Assembly: GCA_046482545.1 (NCBI GenBank)
Contig: JAWOEX010000032.1
Span: forward strand, 160,001 to 224,000
Source: Candidatus Thorarchaeota archaeon
GTDB lineage: Archaea; Asgardarchaeota; Thorarchaeia; Thorarchaeales; Thorarchaeaceae
Direction: 5' to 3'
Length of the DNA stretch: 64,000 nucleotides
Shown here: in pieces, positions 32,101 through 39,626 of the stretch
Numbering within the stretch: position 1 is the stretch's first letter
Layout of the letters: the number at the start of each line of letters is the position of its first letter
Program-made: the position numbers and the translations under genes
The notes under the pieces: model-generated
Seen by the model: the letters and a program-made list of their open reading frames with translations, nothing else
The model's database searches: none
What the model was told of the DNA's origin: nothing

Positions 32101-33403
32101 GACTGGGCCGGCTGTCTATCTTGAAGAAGACCAATCAGCAACGGCCTACTTCAGATACTGGGACACATACAATAATCGTCCCGTTGAGGATGACCCAGAT
32201 GCAAACCTGTCAGTAGGTGTATACTTCCCTGGTTCTGACAGCTCTACTGATGTTGAATTCAACGGGACTCATTATTACCTCAGCTTCGAAGCTGACGAGC
32301 TTGGTGAGGCTCAGACAGATCCATATGAGATTCGGCTTACGGCAACTGCGACTGGATACCAGAACTATACAGCGACCTCAGAAGATGAAGCAATTACTGT
32401 GAATGTCTACGTGAGTCCACCAACATACAACATACCGCTGGTAGGTAGGATTCAGAGGAGTTTGGTGAACCTCGTACTGATTATGTTTGGGCTTTTCATA
32501 TTGATTGTTGGTGGTGCAGTTGGAGTACAGCGATGGAGGCGACCCCACGCTATCAAGCAGATTGAAAGTGCCATCAGTGACATGGAAGAGAACAAGACTG
32601 CCAAGGTTAAGGATATCAAGTCAATGGGCATGGTGGTCTCGGATCTACTGGCTCCGGGTCTTGCTGAACTCGATATGAAGGCACCCACAATTGACACGGG
32701 TCCGGAAGTTGAGTTTGAGGAGGGTCTCGGGGAAGAAGCAGAGGATCTCCTTGGTGAACTGGACGCACTTGATGAGATTAGTAAGGAAGAGCCCGCTGCT
32801 GTTGAAGAGAGTACAGACTATGAAGCACAGCTTGAGGCCGAGCTTGAAGCAATGGATGAGGAGGAAATACAGGTTTCTGATATTCCAGGTATCGGTCCTA
32901 CCATTGAGGACCGGCTCGCGAATGCAGGGTACACTACTGTGAGTGCTCTGTCCGAAGCTGACCCACTTGTCTTGGCTGAGGTAGAAGGCATTAGTGAGAA
33001 CAAGGCCGAACAAATTGTAGATGAAGCTAGGGCGATGGTATCAGAAAATGTGGAGAAAGACATTAAACCCGAAGCAGAGGACGAGGAGCCCCCTCCTGAA
33101 GAAGATGTGGAGGAGACTCTCCCGGAGAACGAAGCAGACGCTGCCTTGCCCGAAGAAAACATGGAAGATGAACTCCCGGAAGGGGAGTCCGAGGATGTTC
33201 TCTCTGAAGAGTCTGAACTCAGTGATGATAAAGCAACAGCTGAAGAAGCTGAGCCAGAGATAGAGAAACCCAAGACCAAGCGTGAGCTCATTGAGCAGCT
33301 CCCAGATGAAATCAAGGAAACCATGGGAGACGATGAGATTAGAAAGTTATCCAAGCGTGAGCTTGAGGCCTTGATTGAGGGTCAGGAGGGCTCAGAGGAG
33401 TAG
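26192..33403 (+). CDS. Giant 2403-aa single-pass surface protein with cytoplasmic helix-hairpin-helix domain
   Basis: Signal peptide; DUF2341-like WWNSTFLYRR...YYIYY; IgGFc-binding-like and prealbumin/Ig-like repeats; TM LVLIMFGLFILIVGGAVGV; HhH IPGIGPTIEDRL..G.....L...EGISENKA; acidic tail. Confidence 0.85.
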   Translation: MSRMSRKTIQIALLVCLVATLFLVSNAVTPTYDASMAGKTPSGESLRIVESPTQIAGEQDEASWWNSTFLYRRYYNITEPGISGREFSPVHLYLTFEDDHCYDGSIRVGYYESGSWEMMPLQVWNITYHQGTDFIQSASVSFRVNVTQGATQKNYYIYYADDDVGAVSYPDFYPFTYTTYTYSLINLVSYYDSNNYTVDMWDDTAETWANPTDVDAYWEDNKITPNNVSHGMLEKYGRVRYEPTADTDTYFWGFYRIQSNYPLAVSVGRGDVGIGNSAMNDWFSGMDELGQGLGTHFVIGGVEGFPNDDEGRYWVQAHHNDTEVSILTSSGSADSGWYFHDNSEVTSWPAVLDEGEYIAKGNVHYSTDMVVNSSTPVSVRCGDHDATYGPRDIMGFYPSVDNRLAGEEFYTIDMGDSSYGTKVVNVGDASSTIDVWRRAGSSSWTQIKNEYVLNPNASFEIGPGSSSSTDPEDILHIKASSGSNLTVRGMYKPDDLSDHGDWCPTVGGYRFGTHFKLEGLQRMKFFIQATEAAEVNITGYNDASYEIPAGGVAFFMPQSSSYTLYHIESNATISIAKAARFDTTSPYKPYMDQGYGWAVPCYAPEGDENGLQIEYGEEIKLFEFDITIKDLDGLPIEGVTVTLHNSTTGDVWTDDNGLNRTGTTDSNGLVVFEGLNNATYEVLSEIDAASWLTTSYDHVWIRNTSDHSITSTVTRVNITLDVASFDIYLHDLMDDPMSDNPDEDTNLRLNNGSSNPDDYIDQGQTNSTGWVNFYRIPQHDYTVYARYAGSLGWSYTYTDLEKFASWSITADEFNGGGFTHEWTLPLTTLHLDVISWDDQAVDNAKIVIDNQDEPGYSITKWTHSTGQYTFTRIVNGTWSIEVSKDDNYDDTPTALNDTESATDLQGYIAKTIELPISRMNIKVTTTDGWTHPVVNADVNVTLVNGTPSLNPIARGKTNDTGWVVFYYIHGNISTPYPNPVSYNLSVVSGEQSETLEGAQCDYNWTAYNWVQIDTPTYSNEYSELNATHYIVNIQWGQNFTDLVVGWYDKDGEGTTSEIADPTWLNITIKYEGITFFEDTWNGSGTWITRAGSINYSVVVNASAWGLDVIEGQYEMIVTAHSDAGDQDDPAPMTIYVDVAAASTSGESGSGTLITGNYTDHNSHMFWLHDDTNGKNVSGLDTFSWKVKSGSQEVLTGDLSSNGDGTYSILASNLNQLGSGYYSLTVTLEKRNYVNHTLLIDLEVYDLPMWVSVDSYPDYSWGPFSHNISFYYRVLSDNSTPDLSDISVNIEWIDSTTGDSYLNVSKILDTESSGAINYTFTGDLVPVGSWDVVITCQKANYTLATSSPASFEVSAAPSTASAVDSGPILADWASEAVFQVDYIRTADAQGLEGADISHNWNGTFDVDYDENGRYILTVGTTEESGSYTIDLTVSRANHMADSVSLSLEIRVPLTIKTEYGSTESPLEVYWTRTFDTEIRVLDNSRFNTTITDATASYHWEYGFIVDQTGDLPHVSGGTYRTTLDAQDALPIDDLYTIEITAERPGSMNTSRTIYLRILEVPNEIVLKQDYFDRYYGDTLNISFYWNNTLDNIPISSPNSAWIEIWGRSTNITTGVNYGNGTYSFEVDTKLLEMYPESGFKLYTFKIEMSAAGYAEYEPPSLAVLVQETPTRMDVGDLPAVEWGEPLTIRANLTDTIHGAFVWEDAVVELVYGDRRKTMEPYHNGTFYVTIETENYFSARDQPYDLSIEYTLPNYVDGHVELQITVNPKTADIKMGTVELRNNTFEGTWSDEVGIAFTVPDIEEQANATYYWLGFEEVNGLFNYDSYYSEYTGTIDTSKVPAGVRTLRIAVFKDNYTISPFDIVMTLNPLEAEISTATTSLLKIHTVETTAELSFTLTYDEKILDAATIQFDWGGIQRTASFVEGEYVFEFNPSVEDIEVPKTYLLNFTTQIQNYSVDTVSVPLTMLAPTELTGPAVYLEEDQSATAYFRYWDTYNNRPVEDDPDANLSVGVYFPGSDSSTDVEFNGTHYYLSFEADELGEAQTDPYEIRLTATATGYQNYTATSEDEAITVNVYVSPPTYNIPLVGRIQRSLVNLVLIMFGLFILIVGGAVGVQRWRRPHAIKQIESAISDMEENKTAKVKDIKSMGMVVSDLLAPGLAELDMKAPTIDTGPEVEFEEGLGEEAEDLLGELDALDEISKEEPAAVEESTDYEAQLEAELEAMDEEEIQVSDIPGIGPTIEDRLANAGYTTVSALSEADPLVLAEVEGISENKAEQIVDEARAMVSENVEKDIKPEAEDEEPPPEEDVEETLPENEADAALPEENMEDELPEGESEDVLSEESELSDDKATAEEAEPEIEKPKTKRELIEQLPDEIKETMGDDEIRKLSKRELEALIEGQEGSEE

Positions 33404-33631
33404 TGAGCCCAGGAGACATAAATTCGGAGAAATGCTGGGTATGAACGTGAAGTTGGGATTTTACGGGGAAACAAGTTGCATAGATGCTAATGATATCTTA
33501 TCGCATCGCCCACATCACCCCCCTTCCTGGATGTATGACAAACAGGTAAACCTCAAAACACGATATCCGAATAATTTGCACAACTCCCAGTTCAGAATCA
33601 CAATCAGGGTGCTCAGGACGTTGATCGAGTA

Positions 33632-34513
33632 ATGATCAGAGAAATCCATGTGTTCAAGGACGGAGAGAGTCTGTTCGAGGACGTGATAGTTCCAAACAAA
33701 AACTTGGATACTTCAGCAGTTATGCAGCTAGTCAGTTCTTCAGCACAGAAACTTCAGGAATGGAACATCGACAATATGGAGATTGAGCGATACCGCTATG
33801 TCTACATGAACAGTCATGATACCCAGTTCATTCTTACTATGGACCGTCAGGCATCGATTCAGAAGGTTCACGAAGCCCTCATGAATATGGTTTCAAAGTT
33901 CATGACTGCGTTCGAGAGTGTGCTTGAAGGTGACGAGTGGAAATCCACGGATTTCTCCCCATTTCAAGCTGGTTTCAGGAATATCGTAGGTCGTATACCT
34001 GCCAAAGTGTGTTTGGCCGGCCATGGTGGTACTGGAAAAACAACTCTTCTTGAGCTTGCTACCCTCCCCTCACGCGGACCTCCACAGGACTACGTACCAA
34101 CATTTTTCGGCGATAAAGCCCTTCTAAAGGCCGATTTTGATCCTTATGTGTTCAGTGTGTTTGATCTTGGAGGACAGGACAGATTTGTCCAAGAATGGGG
34201 AAAAATAATCCGGGCTGGTAGCATGGTCGTATTGGTTACGGATTCAACTCCCGATAATATGAAATGGACAATGCGAGTAGCATTTCCCGTATTGAAGAAC
34301 GAGTTGCCTTATGCACGCATGATTGCAATAGCAAACAAGCAGGATTTGAAGGGAGCTCTCTCTCCCCAAGAAGTATCACGGAGACTAGGTGTTCCGGCTT
34401 ACGGAATGCAAGCAAATCAACGCGATTTCAGGCAAAGATGGCTTTCTCTTCTCAAGAGTCTTGCCTTTGAAGAGATTGACTTTGCAATAGTTTCGGATGT
34501 TATAACCGAGTAG
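33632..34513 (+). CDS. Longin domain fused to Arf-like small GTPase
   Basis: N-terminal adaptin-like longin pattern; G1 GHGGTGKT, G2 PT, G3 DLGGQ, G4 NKQD. Confidence 0.88.
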   Translation: MIREIHVFKDGESLFEDVIVPNKNLDTSAVMQLVSSSAQKLQEWNIDNMEIERYRYVYMNSHDTQFILTMDRQASIQKVHEALMNMVSKFMTAFESVLEGDEWKSTDFSPFQAGFRNIVGRIPAKVCLAGHGGTGKTTLLELATLPSRGPPQDYVPTFFGDKALLKADFDPYVFSVFDLGGQDRFVQEWGKIIRAGSMVVLVTDSTPDNMKWTMRVAFPVLKNELPYARMIAIANKQDLKGALSPQEVSRRLGVPAYGMQANQRDFRQRWLSLLKSLAFEEIDFAIVSDVITE

Positions 34514-34527
34514 GAGACTAGGAAAAC

Positions 34528-35085
34528 ATGAGCAAGAAAATGAAAAGTGTCATTGATGAAGAAGAGCGCAAGAGGCTAATTGAAGAGATTGGCCGAATGA
34601 AAGACACTCTTGATAGCTTCAAGTATGGATTGAACTTTGAAGATTTTGCTGATCAGATTTTCAAAACTGTAAATCGCCAGACAGCAGCCATCAATACACT
34701 GGACCGACGCATGAACGAGATTCTTACAAGGATGGAAAGACTGGAAGAGCGATTTGATGAAGGAATACGCGTTACTGTCTCAGGTGTGTCTGAGGACGAG
34801 ATTGGGGATACTGGGGGGAGACCAGAGGTGAAAGTCGAGAAGACTATGACAACAACCTCTCAGGAGGAACCAGAAATCGAGGGGTCTGATGCCGAGCTGA
34901 AACAGAAGGCAAAAAAGATTGAGACAAAAATTAATCGCCTTTTTGAAAGAGAAAATGCTCTCTCTGAGATGGCTATGAATGATCCAGCTGGTGCTGAGGA
35001 ATATGAAAAGAAAGCAAGAGTAGCTCGGCAGATGCGCCAAGATTTGGAAGAGAAACTTGATGTAATCAAACAGAAATTAGAATAG
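34528..35085 (+). CDS. Coiled-coil protein
   Basis: Heptad-rich charged helices; GGAG RBS. Confidence 0.7.
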   Translation: MSKKMKSVIDEEERKRLIEEIGRMKDTLDSFKYGLNFEDFADQIFKTVNRQTAAINTLDRRMNEILTRMERLEERFDEGIRVTVSGVSEDEIGDTGGRPEVKVEKTMTTTSQEEPEIEGSDAELKQKAKKIETKINRLFERENALSEMAMNDPAGAEEYEKKARVARQMRQDLEEKLDVIKQKLE

Positions 35086-35089
35086 TGTA

Positions 35090-35503
35090 ATGGCGGAGAT
35101 AAGAATGGGGATTCTTGATTGGTTGAAACGCAAACTCAAGAGAACGGAAAAGAAACCGGAGAAAGGAGAAATACGGAAGAAATCTAAAACAGCTAAGCCA
35201 GAGAAGGTTGAATCCAAAAAAACAGCTACGGATTTTCCCTCTTCGACAGAGGGTGTCTCTGTGGAAAGGCGGGAACAAGTGGGGTCATTAGTTGTTGAAT
35301 ATGAGCGCTTGGTTGAGCGACGTCAGCAACTGCAGGCTGAGCGCGGAGAACTAACAGAGAAGCTCGAGCGTGGTGAGCTTTCGTCTACCGAATTTAGGAA
35401 AGCATTGATGTCCAAGATTCAGGAGGCCTCGACCGTCTCAGACAAGATAAAGAAGACTTCATCAAAACTAACAGAACTCGGTTATCGTGGAGTGCTGCGC
35501 TGA
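35090..35503 (+). CDS. Small coiled-coil protein with SHOCT-like end
   Basis: MGILDWLKRK amphipathic start; LERGELSSTEF motif. Confidence 0.65.
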   Translation: MAEIRMGILDWLKRKLKRTEKKPEKGEIRKKSKTAKPEKVESKKTATDFPSSTEGVSVERREQVGSLVVEYERLVERRQQLQAERGELTEKLERGELSSTEFRKALMSKIQEASTVSDKIKKTSSKLTELGYRGVLR

Positions 35504-35516
35504 GGGGTGACAGGAA

Positions 35517-36971
35517 TTGGCTGATCGCGATGATGAATCCCCAGAAGACTCGGCAGAAGAAATCGAGAAGAAAACTACGGAACTATTGAAGGGAGCGACG
35601 GGAGAATCCACTTCTTCGAGTGATGAGCGAGATGCAAAACAAACCTTTTCTACTGAGGAAATCTCGCAGGCGACAGATGAATCAGCTGCAGGCCAAGTCG
35701 GAGAAACTTTCGCGCGTATCCAGATTCGTATGGAGGACATACTCGCCTCTGTTGAAGATGCTGCCCAGTCAGTTGAACCTAGTATTGATGAGAAAGTTAG
35801 CGAAGTCCTAGAGATACTTAGCAAGCGTCTAAGGGGCGCAGGATTGGGTGTTTTTGCTACGAGTGCTGTAAGCATAGTCCGCGAAGAAGTTGAGAAAGGA
35901 TTGTCGGGATCAGCCACTATGAATCCCATCTACCGTTCGGTTAGCGAAGGGAAGAGCGAGGTCAGGGATATTGTAACGAAAGCGAGCCGTGGAGCGACTC
36001 GTGCTATTGGTCGTTCTACAGGAGAGCTGCAGGGGAAGCTCTTCCAGATGTACACACGAGTTCAAGAGTTAGAAACGAATACTGAAGACTTGAGGGCCCA
36101 GATTAGGAGATGGAGATCTCGCGCCAATGAATTAGAAGATTTGGCCCAATCAAAAGACGAGTCTCTTAGCCGGTACGAATTGCGCGTTTCTCAGATGAAA
36201 GAGGATCAGGCTGAACTGAATACCAAGCTAGAAGAGAAGGACCAAGAGATTTCTACGTTACGCGGACAGCTCAGTGAGGCGAAATCTCAGATTGAACAGA
36301 AAGACGCCCTTATTGCATCCCTAGATTCCGCGGAAGAGATGGTTGAAGACTATGAAGAGAAAATGAACGAGTTATCAACGATTAAAGGTCAGCTAGCTGA
36401 ATACGAAGAGACACTTTCTCAGAAGGAAGAACGGATTGAGACTCTTGAGACAGAATTGACAGGTCTTAGAGAAGAAAACGCCAGACTCAATAATACAGTA
36501 GAGAATCTCAGTGAAGAAATCGCCTCTGTGCGTGGCAAGTCAAAAAGCCGGAAATCAGAAGTCGAATCTCTACAAGAACAACTTGAAGAACTCAGGGCTC
36601 GCTGGGAAATGCTCTATCAAGTAGCAGAAGAGGAACCTGACTTCAAAGCCTATTTCCTCATAGCTGACAAGGAGCACACCTGGTTACCCTTGACACATCT
36701 ATCGAAAGCCTTAGGTATTCCCACAGTCAAGCTTCGCCGTGATTTGCAGCGATTTGTCAATGTGGGCCTAATTGAACTGGAAGGGAATAAAGTCAGACCT
36801 CGCAAACTTTCAGAAGTCGCTGAGGAAATTGCTGGAACCAAGAAGAAGGTATTCGAAGACACACAGGAATCCATTATTGGAGATATTTCAGAAGCCAACG
36901 AAGACGAAAATAGCGACGAATCTGTATCATCTAGTAAAGAAGTCACAAGTGACCACACTGAATCATCTTAA
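35517..36971 (+). CDS. Long coiled-coil protein with C-terminal winged helix
   Basis: ~200-aa heptad stretch, then LTHLSKALGIPTVKLRRDLQRFVNVGLIE; no Walker motifs. Confidence 0.75.
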   Translation: MADRDDESPEDSAEEIEKKTTELLKGATGESTSSSDERDAKQTFSTEEISQATDESAAGQVGETFARIQIRMEDILASVEDAAQSVEPSIDEKVSEVLEILSKRLRGAGLGVFATSAVSIVREEVEKGLSGSATMNPIYRSVSEGKSEVRDIVTKASRGATRAIGRSTGELQGKLFQMYTRVQELETNTEDLRAQIRRWRSRANELEDLAQSKDESLSRYELRVSQMKEDQAELNTKLEEKDQEISTLRGQLSEAKSQIEQKDALIASLDSAEEMVEDYEEKMNELSTIKGQLAEYEETLSQKEERIETLETELTGLREENARLNNTVENLSEEIASVRGKSKSRKSEVESLQEQLEELRARWEMLYQVAEEEPDFKAYFLIADKEHTWLPLTHLSKALGIPTVKLRRDLQRFVNVGLIELEGNKVRPRKLSEVAEEIAGTKKKVFEDTQESIIGDISEANEDENSDESVSSSKEVTSDHTESS

Positions 36972-36973
36972 CA

Positions 36974-37333
36974 TTGGAGGTGACATCTGATTTGGCCCGA
37001 ACACTTGAAGAAGTAATGAGATTCCTACAGAATTATACGGTGGCATGGCACCACTGGCTGATACTGCTGTCCCTTCTGAAAACAGGGGGATCAGCTACAA
37101 AGAAACAGATCTTTCCCGTATTCAAGAAGGAGGGGTTTTCTACTCATGCAATCGAAGGCATATTCGAACGAGACTTGGAAGACCTTGGTGAGGCGGTCGA
37201 AGTTCAAGGCGGCATCGATGAGCTCTGCGATAGTAGTATGATTTACCTTACAAATGATAAGAAATTCAGGACTTTCCTCAAGAAGAATCTCAAAACAGTT
37301 GTAAGAATGCTTAAGCAAAGAAAAACGAAATAG
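36974..37333 (+). CDS. Hypothetical protein
   Basis: ORF packed at the end of the cluster. Confidence 0.65.
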   Translation: MEVTSDLARTLEEVMRFLQNYTVAWHHWLILLSLLKTGGSATKKQIFPVFKKEGFSTHAIEGIFERDLEDLGEAVEVQGGIDELCDSSMIYLTNDKKFRTFLKKNLKTVVRMLKQRKTK

Positions 37334-37379
37334 AGAATAGAGCAGTTGTTACACTGCTGCAAACAAGGGGATTGGAAAA

Positions 37380-37700
37380 TTGAGAATTAAGGGGTCAATA
37401 TGTCCAACTTGCGATTATGCGGTGGTTCCCCCTCGTCGTATATGCCCAAAGTGTGGGATAGGAAATACTCAGATGAACCAAGCATCTTTTTCAAATATAG
37501 GAACTATCGAGTCCTTTACGATGTCGAGAATGCCCCCTGATGGTTTTGGTGATGCGCTGTTTCTTGCGCTCGTAAGACTCAAGGAGGGCCCATTGGTACT
37601 ATGTTCAGCGAGTAGTGATTACTCGGATCATATTGAGATCGGTTCTAAAGTAAGGGTTGAGAAGAACAAGGAAGGACTCTTAACCTTCCGTCCAACCTAA
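37380..37700 (+). CDS. DUF35 Zn-ribbon/OB-fold protein (thiolase partner)
   Basis: CPTC..PPRRICPKC, GTIESFT, ALVRLKEGP, IEIGSKV. Confidence 0.9.
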   Translation: MRIKGSICPTCDYAVVPPRRICPKCGIGNTQMNQASFSNIGTIESFTMSRMPPDGFGDALFLALVRLKEGPLVLCSASSDYSDHIEIGSKVRVEKNKEGLLTFRPT

Positions 37701-37796
37701 GTTAGCCCTCATTCATGCCCCTCATCATTCCATAAACCCCCCATTCCCAGTTATTGATTTAAGGCACCACTTCTTTTTCAGACACGGTTATGCAAA

Positions 37797-38966
37797 ATGG
37801 GTATCCATCTTAGCAATGTACTCTGGACGGAGGACGAACGTGATTTTCGACAAGAAGTAAGAAGCTTCTGTGAGAGAGAAATATCTCCGCGAGCAGATGA
37901 ACTTGATGAAGGACCCTTTCCCAATGACTTGATACACAAACTGGGGAAAAGGGGATACATGGGCGTTCACCACGCAGAAGAGGTTGGCGGTACGGACAAG
38001 GGGCTTTCGTATGAGGTTATCGTTGCTGAGGAGATTTCAGCAGCGAACGCAGGCGTAGATATGGCGCGCATGGCTTCTACCACCTTGTATGGCATGCCTA
38101 TAGCTCGCTTTGGAACCGAAGAGCAGAAAAAGAAGTACTTAGTACCGGTTGTCGCTGGCAAGAAGATTGGATGTATAGGAATTACAGAACCAAATGTCGG
38201 CTCTGACGCTGCTGGTATGGAAACGCAGGCAGAGAAAGATGGTGATGAATGGATTATCAACGGGGAAAAGCGGTACATCACAAATGGCAGTCAGGCCGAT
38301 TACATGTGTTGTTTCGCTATAACGGATCCCTCGGTTCATCCTAAGAAGGGAATGTCAGCTTTTATTGTGGATACTTCGACTGAAGGTTTTGAGGTAGTTA
38401 GTGATCACGATCTTATGGGTATGAAATCTGCCAGGGTCTCTCACCTGAAGCTAGATAATGTCAGAGTGGAACCTGGCTTGATGTTGGGTGAACCTGGGCA
38501 AGGATTCACCATCCTCATGGACGAGTTGGATAGTGAGCGTACAGCTATTGCCGGTGAAGCTATCGGTTATGGAAGAACACCGTACGAGGTCGCAGTCAGA
38601 TACTCCGATGAGCGAGAGCAGTTCGGGAGGAAGATTAGACAGTTTGAGGGAGTCAGTTTCAAGATTGCTGACATGGCAATGAAGCTTGAAGCAGGCAGGG
38701 CTTTGACCCTGACCGCTGCGCGAATGTACGACCAAGGTATGAAGATTACAAAGGAGGCAGCCATAGCGAAACTGTATACTACGGAGGCTGCAATAGAGAT
38801 AACCAATACTGCCCTACAGGTCTTGGGAGGAGCAGGGTACACCACGGATTATCCTGTGGAGCGGTTCCTAAGAGACGCTAGGCTTATGACAATAGGCGGT
38901 GGCACTGCGGAAATCTTGCGTTTTCTGATACAGCGAGAGGTTTACAGGGAGATTCTTGATGAGTAG
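37797..38966 (+). CDS. Acyl-CoA dehydrogenase
   Basis: ITEPNVGSD, INGEKRYITNG, REQFGRKI, QVLGGAGY, RDARLMTIGGGT. Confidence 0.96.
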   Translation: MGIHLSNVLWTEDERDFRQEVRSFCEREISPRADELDEGPFPNDLIHKLGKRGYMGVHHAEEVGGTDKGLSYEVIVAEEISAANAGVDMARMASTTLYGMPIARFGTEEQKKKYLVPVVAGKKIGCIGITEPNVGSDAAGMETQAEKDGDEWIINGEKRYITNGSQADYMCCFAITDPSVHPKKGMSAFIVDTSTEGFEVVSDHDLMGMKSARVSHLKLDNVRVEPGLMLGEPGQGFTILMDELDSERTAIAGEAIGYGRTPYEVAVRYSDEREQFGRKIRQFEGVSFKIADMAMKLEAGRALTLTAARMYDQGMKITKEAAIAKLYTTEAAIEITNTALQVLGGAGYTTDYPVERFLRDARLMTIGGGTAEILRFLIQREVYREILDE

Positions 38967-39041
38967 ATTGAGCTCCCCCACCTGCTAACAACGATAAAGG
39001 TATTTGAGGATGAGCTGATACTCTGTGATGATTCTGAGAGA

Positions 39042-39608
39042 ATGGAGAAGAAATCGATGGTAAAGATAGAGTACATAATGGTTTACACTCGGGCAGGGTT
39101 ACCAATCTACAGTAAGTGTTTCGGCAGTTTCTGTAAGACATCCATGAAGGACCCAGAGCTTTTGACTGGTTTCCTATCAGCATTAGAGACAATTCCAACC
39201 ACCATATCCGAAGATTTGACCCTAGATGCTGTAAAGATGGGGCCCACAGATATGCGCTTCACAAAAACCACTCCCGAAGGTCATTCTATAGTTGTTGGCT
39301 TGTCCAAGGACAGAGAGGATGTTGCCCAAAGTGTTTTCGATGCTGTCCAGGAGACCTTGCATCAAGAGCAATTCGCAGATGTTGATTGGACTGCCGTAAC
39401 TCGAGGCAATATGAATAGATTTGAAGAAGAGCTTGTGAGATCAAGAATACCGGAAGCGATGCACGAATACGGCGGCTTTGAAGATAAGTGCCCCCTTGAG
39501 GATCAGTGTCCCATGCATACCAATGCTAAAATGTCTCGTAAACAGAGAATTTGGGGTGCTATCAAGGATAAATATCAGGCGCTGAAGAAAAGAATGGCCG
39601 GCGAGTAA
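39042..39608 (+). CDS. Stand-alone longin-like protein
   Basis: IMVYTRAGLPIYSK, LLTGFLSAL longin-like pattern; C-terminal CPLEDQCPMH. Confidence 0.65.
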   Translation: MEKKSMVKIEYIMVYTRAGLPIYSKCFGSFCKTSMKDPELLTGFLSALETIPTTISEDLTLDAVKMGPTDMRFTKTTPEGHSIVVGLSKDREDVAQSVFDAVQETLHQEQFADVDWTAVTRGNMNRFEEELVRSRIPEAMHEYGGFEDKCPLEDQCPMHTNAKMSRKQRIWGAIKDKYQALKKRMAGE

Positions 39609-39626
39609 CCGGCCCTCTAATCTTCT

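Noticed and set aside
35517-36971. SMC/Rad50 ATPase
   Set aside because: No Walker A/B or signature motifs; coiled coil only
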